Assembly (NCBI GenBank): GCA_964016885.1
Contig: OZ024755.1
Location: 35,278,001-35,342,000 of the forward strand
Length of the DNA: 64,000 nucleotides
Direction: 5' to 3'
Source of the DNA: Eledone cirrhosa
Lineage: Eukaryota
This document shows positions 23,941-38,187 of this stretch, in pieces (the stretch's first letter is position 1; each line of letters starts with the position of its first letter). Position numbers and translations under genes: made by a program. Below the pieces are notes generated by a model. The model was not told where the DNA came from. It did no database searches and saw nothing but the letters and a program-made list of their open reading frames with translations.

Positions 23941-25187
23941 TTGCTCTACGGTTCTTATATATTTGATATATATTTATCCTTATCGAGCCCCCTCTGGATT
24001 TTAGTCTTCAAATTTATTATTATTACTATATATATATATATATATAAACATGCGTGTGTGAGTGTATATATATATAGATATATGTGCATGTGTTATATAT
24101 AATGTTAATTGTGCAATCATTGTATTCCAATATATGTATTTCTAATAGTTTGTTTTGAATGCTAACGTTTTTTTGGATGTTGAATGTTGCATGTGTGTTC
24201 TGTAGGTATTTCATAATATATATTATTATATTATAACTCCATTATATGTTTCTGCCCATTCCATCTCACTCAGGCTCTGTCATGTTTTATGTTTAGACTT
24301 CAGCTTGTTTCTGCTTACAAGAGAGCCATATGAATGTCGCAGCAGATTATGTAAATGTATAGTTGATTGGATACGTAACATATGCCGTCTCTGTTGAATA
24401 ATAATATATTGAATATTATTCCATGTTACTTGCAGGTGAAATTGACCTCTTTTTTTTTATATTGGCCTTCTGGTGTGTTTCAATATGCTGATATAGAATA
24501 AATTTCTTCTCTATTTCTTGCTTGTAAAAACGAAAACTTTGTGTGTTATGGAGAGCTGAACTCCTGTTTTAGAGAGGCAGAAATCTTTACTCAATTTTAC
24601 AAAGTTTTATTAACTATTTTATTTAACTGTTGTAGACCTTTACTAGTTTTCTTAGGCTCTCTGTTTTTAATCTTACTTCTTAAAAAATAATAATGAAATT
24701 ATTGTGTAAAGTGCTCAGGTGCACTACAACTCATCAAAGGTGCATGTATATTATTTAGAAATAAGCTACGGCTAGGATCTATGCTGAAAGATATTGAAGC
24801 TGATACAGGTAAAATTCTGTCATAACAAATTTTTCATCCTTACAGGGTTGATAAATAAAGCACCAGTAATGTACTGGGGTCGATTTAATCGACTTTCTCC
24901 TCCCCAAAAACTGTTGGGTTTGACCCTAAATCAGAAACCATTATGAGAGAGACATAGGCTTGATGTTTCTTTACAATGTTTTCATTCTTAGTTTAGTTGT
25001 TTCCCAGTTTGGCAATTATATATAAACTTTATTAGAAATATCAATTAGTATTTTTCACATTTTAAAATGGAATCTTGCTCTTTGACAGCACAACTAATTA
25101 CATCTCATGATAGTTTGAAAACCCCTATGTTAGTACGGGTGTCTAGTTGTTGAGATTCCCGATATAGCTGGGATTATTATTATCTAG

Positions 25188-25384
25188 TGGAGCGGTGGAT
25201 TGGCAGTGTCGGTAGAGGGTCGGATGCCATGCTTTGATGCATAGAGTTACGGCCCTTGCCATTCTGAGTTCAAATCCCGCCGAGGTTTACTTTGCCTTTC
25301 ATCCTTACGGGGTCGATAAAATAAAGTACCAGTAATGTACTGGGTTATTGCTGGCCTTGTGCCAAAAGTAGAAACAATTATTAT
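25188..25384 (+). mobile_element. SINE family A, full length
   Basis: A-box tggcagtgtcgg, B-box gagttcaaatcc, tail gtagaaacaattattat. Confidence 0.85.
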
Positions 25385-25940
25385 CTAGTCTCATGTCAGC
25401 CCTTAACAAGCAGAATTATGTTTACAGATGTACTAACTATGATCGTCCTATCTTTGAAAGTGTGTCTAGGACTACGTTATATAATCTGATCTTCCTTTCT
25501 AAATATAATAGGATGTTATTTGAAAGAGATTCACTGCTATTTCTGATTGATCAACAAGATCCAAGACCTCATTTGCTTGCCGAATAGAAAGGACCTCGTC
25601 AAATCAGAGCAAATAAACAATGTTTCCATTGGTTTTTCCATTACTGCCACGGCAAAAAAGCATCCAGCCCATACTGTAAAGTGGACATGCAGGTGCCACA
25701 GAAAAAAGGCACCCAGCACTCACTGTAAATGAGATTGGTGTTAGGAAGGGCATCTAGCTGTAGAAATCATGCCAAAATCAGTTCCAGTATGAGCAGGACA
25801 ACAGGAAAACCCATCTAACCCATGCTAGCGTGGAAGAACAGACGTAAAACAGAGATGATGATGATGATGATGATGATCTATTGGTCAGAACTCCTGGCAG
25901 AAGGAGCAACATGAAATCTCCCCGTCCGAGAAGTGAACTC

Positions 25941-26080
25941 GTAACCTCATGATTGCAAATCAATCACTAATTGTCGTAAACCTCATGATTGCAAATCAAT
26001 CACTAATTGTCGTAACCTCATCATTGCAAATCAATCACTAATTGTCATAACCTCATCATTACAAATCAATCACCAATTGT
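25941..26080. repeat. ~35-bp tandem repeat, 4 copies
   Basis: gtaacctcatgattgcaaatcaatcactaattgtc repeated. Confidence 0.85.
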
Positions 26081-26527
26081 ATAGATGCTGTTTAATAGAC
26101 TCATACTTGTGTATACTTGTCTTCATTTATTTTCATTTTTTTTTACCCCAAAAACTTGGCAAAGGGTTATGAGAAAGGAGAAGTGTCAATAATACCACAC
26201 AAACTACATATATAAATGTATATTTAAGATAGTAAATAAAGTATATCAATGAAATAATTGATAAAAGATTTAACTGAAATGCAATGAGACAGTAATAAAA
26301 GAACTGATAAAAGATCTGTTGGCAATAAAATATGGTAAATGGGATTACAATACAGAAGCTAATAAAAGTAAATAATATAAGGTGGTAATAAATGAAGAGC
26401 TCAGTGGAAAATTCATTTTGAATATAATAGAGAATAGATGTGTATGTGATTACATCTATGGCCACATGGAAGAAATAAAGATCTACAAGATAAGAAATAT
26501 TACTCTAAAACTGGGATAGTTGCGATC

Positions 26528-27031
26528 AGCTCTCTACATTCCAGAACCACATCATGAGACTTATGTCTGGCAAGCGGCTCAATGACCGTATCTGTATCAG
26601 TGAGCTGGTCTTGACTGTGTTAATTGGATGACAAGGTCACTTCAGAAGTTCTTTACATTCCAGAACCACATCATGAGACTTATGACTGGTAAGCGGCTCA
26701 GCGACCATAACTGTATCAGTGAGCTGCTCAATATTATCAAACTTAGACCAATTACATCAATTGTCAAGTCAAGAGTACTCAAACTATACGGTCATATAAA
26801 AAGATCAACTCGTGGTGTGAGTAGGTTATGCCTGGAAGGAAGGTTGGCTGGTAAGAGAAGCAGAGGCTGGTAAGAGAAGCAGAGGCTGGCAGCCAAAACG
26901 ATGGCTTGTCAATGTCAACTTATGGACTGGACTTGATCTTTGAACTCTGCTGTTGGTGATCGAACTTTGTGGAGAGAGATATCACATGTTGATGTGCAGT
27001 CTGCAACTGGCAGAGTTTAACATCACAAGAG
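26528..27031 (+). mobile_element. RTE-like LINE 3' fragment (same family as 53495-54032) with small internal duplications
   Basis: LKLYGHIKR...LEGRLAGKRSRG; near-identical to 53626-54030. Confidence 0.8.
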
Positions 27032-28542
27032 ATTTTACAGACACAAATCCCATACAGAATTTTACAAACAATTTCTAATAATGTAGAGACACATTGAATA
27101 TTCAAGTGTCTTTTGTGGTTATGAAAACGGGAAAGGAAGAGAAAGGCTAGAGCTCTAGTGTCATAGAAGGGGGAGGGGAGTGTGATGGGCTCTGGGCATG
27201 GTGATATTGAGGCCATGCCCTGCGAACAAGGCCACAAAAGCATTCCCGTGGACAATGGCCAGTGACACCTGCTGCAACAGCCACCCCACCTCGTGGGGCT
27301 CCTTCCTCAGACATTTCGATCTATGTACTATACATGCACCTTTGATGAGTTAGAGTGCACCTTAACACTGTACGCAATAACTTCATTATTACTATTGGCT
27401 GCTTTCCAATAGGTTTCCAATAGGTCATTGAACCTGTAACAATGAAGATTTTCAGCATTCTTGGTCCCTATATCACTTCCCTTTCTATTGAGGTGGACTT
27501 AGCCATCTGCAGGAGTGAACCCTGTAGGTTGGAATCACAATTTCAATGTATCATCATCATCATCATCATTTAACATCTATCTTCCACACTAGCATGGGTT
27601 AGATGCAAGGGCCTTGTTTCAGGGAGGTACCAGGGGACAAGTCCCCCCCCCCCACTTTTTCAAACGTCTGTGTTGTATTTTTTGTTTATTTGATATAATA
27701 AATTATTTTTAATCTTTTTTTTTTTTTATATCTGAACTTCATTTGAATAAATAAAATTTAATTAGCGTAAGGTTTTACTTATGTGGTAAGGTCCAGGAAA
27801 GGTACCATTAGCAATAGTAACATGCTCCTTTAAGAATCAACAAATGTTGGTTTGTCCCCTTCATATTTTTAAGGCAGAGGCCTCTGGTTAGATGGGTATA
27901 TCTCTTATCTTCTGGGGTAATACTTTCTCCACTCTGTCCACTGAGAATATGAGGTGGATTGCACCAGGGGGTTCTACACACTCAAGAACAGACTATCACA
28001 CTGTCAGAAATCACATCATTCGGGTAGCAATCATTGAATATCATTGGTTGAATATAATTAATGAAGTAAACCATTAATTTGCTTGAGATAAATGGCAACA
28101 CACAGACTTGAACACGTAAATAACCCATAATGCATCAATATAGCGTAAGTTGAAATATAATTGCTCAACTTGGTAGCAATAAATATATATTCTTAGTCTC
28201 TTACAGGCATAGCTGACATATTTCAGTGTAGCAGACCCATAATAAAAATAGAATGGCCACAATTAAAATTCTCACTAAATGATCAATATGTGCTAAATAT
28301 CCAATTTTCCATGCTAGCAATGGTTGGCAGTATAGAATATCATTACTTTTCTCAGTTCGGTGTCAGCTCATGACTAAATTCCAGCAATCAAGATCCTATC
28401 TCAACAGAGTTCATTAAGGTCTTTCTACAAGGTCAGCACAGAAAAGAAAATTGTGCTTTTTCAGCCAGACAAAAATATCATGGCTCAATATGTTAGTATA
28501 GTGACTCTTCCTAAACTGATTTTACTAACAGCGCACATTAAA

Positions 28543-28708
28543 TCAAGAATGGGCAACCATTTTTGAGCAGTGGGACCCAACATAGGATGTCTCATCATAT
28601 GGCAGGCCGCACTACTAAAAGATTCAAGGCAGTTTTGAGATCAGGTGTGCCATTCAGAAAGCCAAACAGGCTGAATGTTGCCCACGGGCTGCAGTTTGCC
28701 CATGACTG
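28543..28708. mobile_element. Short hAT/Charlie-like MITE remnant
   Basis: Imperfect ends caagaatgggcaac and gtttgcccatgactg; subterminal gcccacgggctgcagtttgccc motif. Confidence 0.4.
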
Positions 28709-28721
28709 CTTTAGAGCAAAT

Positions 28722-28812
28722 AAAGATCAGTTAGAGATGGTTGCTTCTGACAGGACCCACTGGAAGGAGTGTTTGAGGACTCTGCCTTCTTCCTGAGAGG
28801 GCCGTGGGGGGC
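28722..28812 (+). mobile_element. Extreme 3' end of an RTE-like LINE
   Basis: LEMVASDRTHWKECL; reverse complement of 32066-32130. Confidence 0.65.
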
Positions 28813-29545
28813 AAAGAAGAAGGCAAAGAAGAAGAAGAAGAAGGCAAAGAAGGCAAAGAAGAAGGCAAAGAAGAAGAAGGCAAAGAAGAAGGCAAAGAAG
28901 AAGAAGGCAAAGAAGAAAAAGGCAAAGAAGAAGAAGAAGAAGAAGAAGAAGAAGAAGGCAAAGAAGGCAAAAAAGAAGAACAAGGCAAAGAAGAAGAAGA
29001 AGGCAAAGAAGGCAAAGAAGAAGAAGGCAAAGAAGAAGAAGGCAAAGAGGAAGAAGGCAAAGAGGAAGAAGGCAAAGAGGAAGAAGGCAAAGAGGTAGAA
29101 GGCAAAGAGGAAGAAGGCAAAGAGGAAGAAGGCAAAGAGGAAGAAGGCAAAGAGGAAGAAGGCAAAGAAGAAGAAGAAGGCAAAGAAGAAGAAGAAGGCA
29201 AAGAAGAAGAAGAAGGCAAAGAAGAAGAAGAAGAAGAAGAAGAAGGCAAAGAAGAAGGCAAAGAAGAAGAAGAAGAAGAAGGCAAAGAAGAAGGCAAAGA
29301 AGAAGAAGAAGAAGAAGAAGAAGAAGAAGGCGAAGAAGAAGAAGAAGGCAAAGAAGAAGGCAAAGAAGAAGAAGAAGAAGAAGGCAAAGAAGAAGGCAAA
29401 GAAGAAGAAGAAGAAGAAGAAGAAGAAGAAGAAGAAGAAGAAGAAGAAGAAGAAGAAGAAGAAGAAGAAGAAGAAGAAGAAGAAGAAGAAGAAGAAGAAG
29501 AAGAAGAAGAAGAAGAAGGCGAAGAAGAAGAAGAAGAAGAAGAAA
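28811..29545. repeat. (GAA)n / (gaa)n-ggcaaa polypurine microsatellite
   Basis: Directly visible. Confidence 0.97.
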
Positions 29546-29858
29546 TACTAGTGATATATTTCAATGGACTTCCTCAAATAATTGGCCTTATGTTGTAGTA
29601 AGAAATTGATAAGACAGAAGTTCAAATAGGATTCCTTTTTGTTGAATGTTCAATTATGAATAGAAGAAATGTTGTGATGCTGCAGGGAACTCTCCATTCC
29701 TTATTTCCATATTCCATTCAACAACACATCATTCAGACATTTGCAATGTTTTCCAAAGCTGGGAAGTCTAAAACTACTCAAAGCTGAATCAACCTTTTTC
29801 CAGTTCTTATACTAACAATATTATCTACTCACATCATCACTGTGATTGTCATTACTAG

Positions 29859-30214
29859 TACTACCACCACCACCACCACCACCACCACAACCACCAGTAG
29901 TACCACTACCACTACCACCAATAATACCACTACCACAAGAACCACCACTACCACTACCACCACCACCACCAATAATACCACTACCACCACCACAAGCATC
30001 ACCACCACCAGTAGTACCAGCAGCAGCACCACTACCACAAGAACCACCACTACCACCACCACCACCACCACAACCACCAGTAGTACCACTACCAGCAACA
30101 GCACCACCACCAGATCCAGGACTGCCACCACCACCAGCAGCACCCCCTACCAGCAACAGCACCACCACCAGTAGTACTCATCAGCTGGTCATTAAAGAGA
30201 CGAAAATGATGAAA
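29859..30214 (+). CDS. Candidate proline-rich coding exon (phase 1 to 0); may instead be a degenerate (ACC)n microsatellite
   Basis: TACTAAC at 29810, first downstream AG at 29857-29858, an open Pro-rich frame, and aaa|gtatgg at 30215. Confidence 0.2.
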
Positions 30215-30896
30215 GTATGGGAAACAACTTTGAACATATTTCTGTTTTATTCTGACCTCATCAGCTGGCCATAGTTTCAAACCTTATTACACATATTGTA
30301 TTATGAACATGAGCAGCAGGACATGGAATATTTCTTGCTCTGGTCAGCTCAGTAAAACATAAGACCCATTGCTAATTAATTCTGAAATAATTAGCATAAG
30401 GAATAGAATTCAACTTTAAAACAATTGTGCAACAGTATGCAAATCTAAAGAAAATTTACATAAACTATTTTACTTATGTTAGCATGAATAATGCAAGATA
30501 ATAGAAATGGCTAAATATATGAATAAATAAATTTAAATAAGAAAGTAGATTAATCTAAGTTGAATAAATCAACCTAAACAGATGAACAAATAATACCAGA
30601 CAATAGATGAATATAAGTTATAAATAAACAAGTAGATAAAGAGATAGATAAGCTTCAAACACTGAATATATAAATCTAAACAGATCGAGAGATAATTCTA
30701 AATATAAAACTACTGATAATGAAATAAAGAAGTAAATTAAATTAGATTTAATAGTTAATTCTAAATAGTTGAATTGAGAAATGTAAATAGACAAACAGAT
30801 TATTCCTAATCAATAAACAAATAATTGGAAACATTTGGAATTGGTAAATTCTAAGCATAAGAATAAAGACATTTAAACAGACCAAAATCTCTCTCT

Positions 30897-30954
<58 letters not shown>

Positions 30955-30995
30955 ATGTGTGTGTATGTGTGTGTGTGTGTGTATATATATGAAGA

Positions 30996-31513
30996 CTGCA
31001 AACTCTGCTAAGAGTATTGCAATTGCTTGTCAGATTATAGAGTTTGGTGCACTTTTAGGCTACAGCCAGCCACACAAACCTGTAACATATCCTTAACAAG
31101 CAATGCCTGTGCTTTGAAGGTTTTTTTTAGTGGGGAAAGGCCTTGCACTCGACCAATCCCACTCTCTGAGCATCAAAAACACTCCCAAAAAGGAGAACTG
31201 GTCAACATGTGTGTGTTTGTGTGAATGTATGTCTGTGAGTGTGTATTTTTGTGTGTCTGTGTTTGCGTGTTTATATTTATATACTCATACATATAATGGC
31301 TGCAAACTCTGCTAAGAGTATTGCAATCGCTTGTCAGATTATAGAGTTTGGTGCACTTTTAGGCTACGGCCAGCCACACAAACCTGTAACATATCCTGAA
31401 CAAGCAATGCCTGTGCTTTGAAGGTTTTTTTTAGTGGGGAAAGGCCTTGCACTCGACCAATCCCACTCTCTGAGCATCAAAAACACTACCCAAAAAGGAG
31501 AACTGGTCAACAT
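30996..31513. repeat. ~213-bp direct duplication (30996-31208, 31300-31513) of an unclassified dispersed repeat
   Basis: ctgcaaactctgctaagagtattgcaa...ggagaactggtcaacat occurs twice; a related reverse copy lies at about 19725-19795. Confidence 0.85.
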
Positions 31514-32059
31514 CATCGGATGCTTCCAAACCCACAGGTTTTTTTTCAGAGTTTCCCTCTCTTAGAAAGGTGTTGTGACAACAACTGGGGGCCTTTCACT
31601 CACAGGTGAAAAAAAAAAAAAAGTACTATTTGGATGGCCGTTGAGGTCCTCCGCCCTTTTCCAGGTCTTGTATTTCATCCCACAGGGTGTCCATATATCA
31701 CCCTCCTCACCAAGCAAGCTTGGTGGGGTTGCCGGTTTAGTCTCTGACGACCTGACCATGAGATAGGTTGTACTGGGTTACATGTTACCAGTAGCACTCG
31801 ATAGCAACCTGATATTATATTTATATATATATATATATATATATAAATTAATAAAAATAATGAATAAAAACAAAGAAACAGTTCCTTATATTAAAAAATT
31901 CATCATTTTACGATCGTTTCTAGGATATATATGTGTGTGTTGGTATGTATATCATATAGGTCTATGTAAAATTTTCATACGGATTGGACACTACCGTACA
32001 TTTTGGTAGATTTATCTCTCTATATATACATACATATATGGTGGTGGTGGTGGTGGCAA

Positions 32060-32885
32060 TGTCATGAAGGCAGAGTCCTTAAACACTTCTTCCAGTGGGT
32101 CCTGTCAGAAGCAACCATCTCCAACTGATCCGGCTGGATCCCCAAGCGTGACCAGCGAAGATCATGGATGTTATCCAATTATCCAACCATCTTGCTCAGG
32201 GTCTACCCCTGGTTGGTTTTGCCTGTAAAATCTGTCCTGTGATTCTTTCCTGTGACACTCTAATCACATGCCCATAATATCAGTGCTGTGATTTCTGAAT
32301 TCAGAGAAGTAGAAGTTCTACCTAGAGTGACTCTACAGTGATTCTTTCCTGTGACACTCTAATCACATGCCCATAATATCAGTGCTGTGATCTCTGAATT
32401 CAGAGAAGTAGAAGTTCGACCTAGAGTGACTCTACAGTGATTCTTTCCTGTGACACTCTAATCACATGCCCATAATATCAGCGCTGTGATCTCTGAATTC
32501 AGAGAAGTAGAAGTTCTACCTAGAGTGACTCTACAGTGATTCTTTCCTGTGACATTCTAATCACATGCCCATAATATCAGTGCTGTGATCTCTGAATTCA
32601 GAGAAGTAGAAGTTCTACCTAGAGTGACTCTACAGTGATTCTTTCCTGTGACACTCTAATCACATGCCCATAATATCAGCGCTGTGATCTCTGAATTCAG
32701 AGAAGTAGAAGCTCTACCTAGAGTGACTCTACAGTGATTCTTTCCTGTGACATTCTAATCACATGCCCATAATATCAGCGCTGTGATTTCTGAATTCAGA
32801 GAAGTAGAAGCTCTACCTAGAGTGACTCTACAGTGATTCTTTCCTGTGACACTCTAATCACATGCCCATAATATCGGGGCTCGGA
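32060..32885 (-). mobile_element. RTE-like LINE 3' fragment containing a 99-bp tandem array (32239-32880, about 6.5 copies)
   Basis: Units start at 32239, 32338, 32437 and so on. The minus strand reads VELLLL*IQRSQ..YYGHVIRVSQERIT, then GQILQAKPTRGRP*ARWLDN. Confidence 0.85.
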
Positions 32886-33407
32886 TCTCTAGAGAAAGAG
32901 AAGTTTCAAAGTATTATAAAAAAATGTCTGTCAAAAGCTTAGAGGCTCCTCAGGTCAGACCTTAACCTAGTTTCATCAGCATTAACCTTTTTGATACCAA
33001 CCTGCCTAAAAAAACAGGCCTGGTTTTATTTTACAAAACTGCTCATATTTATATTAAGACCTTCGATCATAGTTGTATTAAATAATTTTTTGTTAAGTAA
33101 TGTTTCAAAGATCAGCTTTCAAATGAAAAGATTTGTTATTATTTTAAATTCTTCAAATTTCCAAAATTAATTAATACACATTGGAAGTGTATTTCATTAG
33201 AAATTTGGTAACAGTGGTAGTGGTGTTGCCATGGAAAAAAGCTCTCAGAATGCACTGCAATGTGGTTGGCATTAGAAAGGGCATTTGGCCAGAGAAAACC
33301 AAGCCAAAAGTAGATTATATGAGCAAGATGTGATCTCAAGACCTGGCTTGCTTCATAACTTGACAACTCATCTAACTTAGATATACATGAAAAATAGAGG
33401 TTAAACA

Positions 33408-33740
33408 GTGATGGTGGTGATGGTGATGATGATGATGGTGGTGATGATGATGGTGGTGATGATAGTGATGATGGTGGGGGTGGTGGTGGTGATGATGATG
33501 ATGGTAGTGATGGTGATGATGACGGTGGTGGTGGTGGTGATGACGATGATGATGAAGATATTATTGATGATGATGGTGGTGAAGATATTATTGATGATGA
33601 TGGTGAAGATATTGATGATGATGATGGTGGTGAAGATATTGATGATGATGATGGTGGTGAAGATATTGATGATGATGGTGGTGAAGATATTGATGATGAT
33701 GGTGGTGAAGATATTGACGATAGTGAAGATATTGATGATG

Positions 33741-33772
<32 letters not shown>

Positions 33773-34252
33773 GATGATGATGATGATGGTGAAGATATTG
33801 ATGATGGTGGTGAAGATATTGATGATGGTGGTGAAGATATTGACGATAGTGAAGATATTGACGATAGTGAAGATATTGACGATGATGATGGTGATGATGA
33901 TAGTGATGAAGATATTGATGATGATGGTGGTGAAGATATTGACGATAGTGAAGATATTGATGATGATGATAATGATGGTGATGATATTGATGATGATGAT
34001 GATGATGATGGTGATGATATTGATGATGATGATGGTGGTGATGATGATATTGATGATGATGATGGTGGTGATGGTGATATTGATGATGATGATGATGATG
34101 ATGATATTATTGATGATGGTGATATTATTGATGATGATGGTGATATTATTGATGATGATGAAGATATTGATGATGGTGTTGATGATGGTGTTGATGATGG
34201 TGTTGATGATGATGATGATACTGATGATGATGATGATGATGATCATGATGAT
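33408..34252. repeat. (GAT/GGT)n-derived compound microsatellite with a gaagatatt submotif
   Basis: Directly visible; follows a degenerate SINE tail (33215-33410). Confidence 0.95.
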
Positions 34253-34603
34253 ACTTAAATAAAACAAACAAACAAAAACATCTACTACTACACAGAGACA
34301 GACACAAACCCACGAAACTTTATATCATCCAACAAACAAATATGCAATGCTGATAAAGAATGTCTTCACAATGGTATTGTACTCTACATGAAATATATCC
34401 TCTTGTCTTCTGGCCAACGAAAATCTTTGATAAATATGTGGCAGCCCATACCAACTCTCTCCAAAATGTCTTCATCCCGGTATTGTTCTCTTCTCAAACT
34501 ATTCTCAATGGAGTCTTGTACTCACACCTACACACAAAATAGATAATATCTGGACACTTGCAAGGAACACTTCCTACATTTGATAATGCTGCCTTTTCTC
34601 TCT

Positions 34604-34605
<2 letters not shown>

Positions 34606-34660
<55 letters not shown>

Positions 34661-34799
34661 ATGTATATATATATATATATATATGTGTGTGTATATATAT
34701 ATATGTGTGTGTATGTATATATATATATATTATATACATATATATGTGTGTATGTATATATATATATATATATATTATATACATATATATGTGTGTATG

Positions 34800-34830
<31 letters not shown>

Positions 34831-34860
34831 CATATATATGTGTGTATGTATATATATATA

Positions 34861-34897
<37 letters not shown>

Positions 34898-34921
34898 ATA
34901 TATATATTATATATGTATATA

Positions 34922-34968
<47 letters not shown>

Positions 34969-35137
34969 GTATAAATAATATATAATGTATATATATAATA
35001 TATATATTATATATATATATATATAGTATATATATATATAATATAACTATGTATATATATATATATATATACACACATATGTATATACACACATATATAT
35101 ATATATACACACACACGTATAAATAATATATAATGTG

Positions 35138-35184
<47 letters not shown>

Positions 35185-35335
35185 ATATATATATATACAT
35201 AGTATAACTATGTATATATATATATATACACATATATATATACACATATATACATATATATATATACACACACGTATAAATAATATATAATGTATGTATA
35301 TATAATATATATATATTATATATAATATAACTATG

Positions 35336-35423
<88 letters not shown>

Positions 35424-35669
35424 TATATATAATATAACTATGTATATACACACATATATATATATGTATATATAATATAAATATGTATATATATAGGTAC
35501 ATATATATATATGTATATGTATATATATACACACACACATATACATATATATACACATACATATATATATATTTCTCCTATCACATACACCTGCACACAC
35601 TTTTCTCTTTCATATACACATGAATTTTTTTGTCTTTCTCACTTTATATCTCTCTCCCCCTCTCTCTCT

Positions 35670-35700
<31 letters not shown>

Positions 35701-36412
35701 TCTATATACATCTGTCTCTCTCGCTCCCCCACTTTCACTCTATCGCTCTGTCACGTGCTCACTCTCACTGTCACTATATATATATCTCTCTCTCTCACTT
35801 CTCTCTCCCTCTCTCTCTCTCTCTCTGTGTCACTATATATATCTGTCTCTCTCACTTTCTCTCCCTCTCTCTCTGTGTCACTATATATATCTGTCTCTCT
35901 CACTTTCTCTCCCTCTCTCTCTGTCTATATATATATCTGGCTCCCCCTCCTCTCTCTGTCACTATATACATCTGTCTCCCCTCTCTCTCCCCCTGTCACT
36001 CTATATACATCTGTCTCTCTCCCTTCCCCACTTTCTCTCCCTCTTACATTCTTCCTGTCTTTATTCTTTTGACAGTGCCACAATTACCCCGCCCCACCCT
36101 CACCCCAGAACACCCCACCCCCACCCCTCCAAGACAACCACCCAGCAGTAGAGACCATTGATGAGACAATGCTCTTTGTTGAGTACCAGACTGATGTTGT
36201 AGATAAGGTAAGTCTCATAGCGTCACACACACACACACACATATATATATATACACACACGCACACATATACACAAACACACTCATACACACACACATAT
36301 ATATACACAAACACACACATACATACACACACATATATACACACATGCACACACATATATACACAAACACTCATACACACACATATACACGCACACGTAC
36401 ATATATACACAT

Positions 36413-36474
<62 letters not shown>

Positions 36475-36560
36475 GCACCCACGTACATACACACACAAAC
36501 ACTCATACACACACATATATACACAAACACTCATACATATATACACATGCACACACATAC

Positions 36561-36591
<31 letters not shown>

Positions 36592-37027
36592 TATATACAC
36601 AAACACACTCATACACATACATACACACACATATATATATACACAAACACTCACACATACATACACACACATATATACACACATGCACACACATATATAC
36701 ACAAACACTCATACACACACACATATACACGCACACACGTACATATATACACAAACACTCATACACATACATACACACATATATATATATATATATATAC
36801 ACACACGCACACAAACACAAACACACTCATACACATACATAGACACATATACACACGCACCCACGTACATATATACACAAACACTCATACACACATATAT
36901 ATATACACAAACACTCATACACATACATATATATATACACATGCACACACATACATATATATATACACATGCACACACATACATATATATATACACATGC
37001 ACACACATACATATATATATACACATG

Positions 37028-37079
<52 letters not shown>

Positions 37080-37491
37080 AACACACTCATACACATACAT
37101 ACACATATATACACACACACATATATACACAAACACTCATACACATACATACACACATATATATATACACACATGCACACACATATATACACAAACACTC
37201 ATACACACACATATATACACGCACACACGTACATATATACACAAACACTCATACACATACATACACACACACATACACATACATACACACACACACATAT
37301 ATATATACACAAACACTCATACACACACATATATATATATATATATATACACACACACGCACACATAAACACAAACACACTCATACACATACACATATAT
37401 ACACACGCACCCACGTACATATATACACAAACACTCATACACACACATATATATATACACAAACACTCATACACATACATATATACACATG

Positions 37492-37547
<56 letters not shown>

Positions 37548-37661
37548 TACACATACACACAGATACACACACACACACTCATATATATATATACATTCAC
37601 ACACATGTACACATACATACAAATCATCATCATTTTACGTCCGCTCTTCCCTGCTCGCAAG

Positions 37662-37725
<64 letters not shown>

Positions 37726-37750
37726 TACACATACATATACACACACTGAC
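34606..37750. repeat. Compound (TA)n, (CA)n and (CT)n microsatellite field
   Basis: Directly visible; interrupted by a unique island at 36040-36222. Confidence 0.95.
36076..36207 (+). CDS. Candidate internal coding exon, 132 bp, phase 0-0 (CHNYPAPPSPQNTPPPPLQDNHPAVETIDETMLFVEYQTDVVDK), product unknown
   Basis: Polypyrimidine tract plus gacag acceptor, aag|gtaagt donor, length divisible by 3, one stop-free frame. Confidence 0.45.
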
Positions 37751-37848
37751 TTTCTTTCTCAATGTCAGTTTCACTAAGTTTCTTCAACTTTCTAATTCAC
37801 TCTCAAACCCTGCATCTCTTATTCTTCCCTCATCTTTGTCACTCTCTA

Positions 37849-38187
37849 TCATCATCATCATTTCATTTCACGTCCACTTTTCCCTGCTTGCAAGGGTGGG
37901 ACAGGAACTGATTCTGGCTTGATTTCTACAGCTGGATGCCCTTCCTAACACTAACCTCATTTACAGTGAGTGCTGGGTGCTTTTTTACCGTGGCACCTCC
38001 ACGACCACTTTACAGTGGAATGATAGGGACCCCAGTCCCTATCATCTTATTTCTACAGCTGAGTAAACTGGAGCAATGTGAAATAAAGTGTCTTGCTCAA
38101 GGAAACAACACATTGCCCGGTCTGAGAATTGAACTCACAACCTTTCGATTGCAGGCCCAATGCTCTAACCACTAACCCATGTGCCTC
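37849..38187 (-). mobile_element. tRNA-derived CORE-like SINE family B, full length
   Basis: Reverse complement of 45033-45362; CORE-like ccttgagcaagacacttt motif. Confidence 0.85.

Noticed and set aside
25188-25285. tRNA genes at A/B-box motifs
   Set aside because: They are SINE heads: no complete cloverleaf, and always followed by the SINE body.
28711-29598. Poly-Glu, Lys-Ala (histone H1/protamine-like) and poly-Ser ORFs
   Set aside because: This is a GAA microsatellite grown from a LINE tail and is open in several frames.
33401-34267. Met-rich (reflectin-like?) or Ile-rich ORFs
   Set aside because: This is a (GAT)n derivative with no reflectin MD/Y/R motif.
34310-34527. Minus-strand exon-like unique island
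   Set aside because: It has stops in all frames, a weak donor and no recognisable homology.
36160-36207. Talin-like FVDYQT similarity
   Set aside because: The match is only a few residues, and no other talin-like exons were found.
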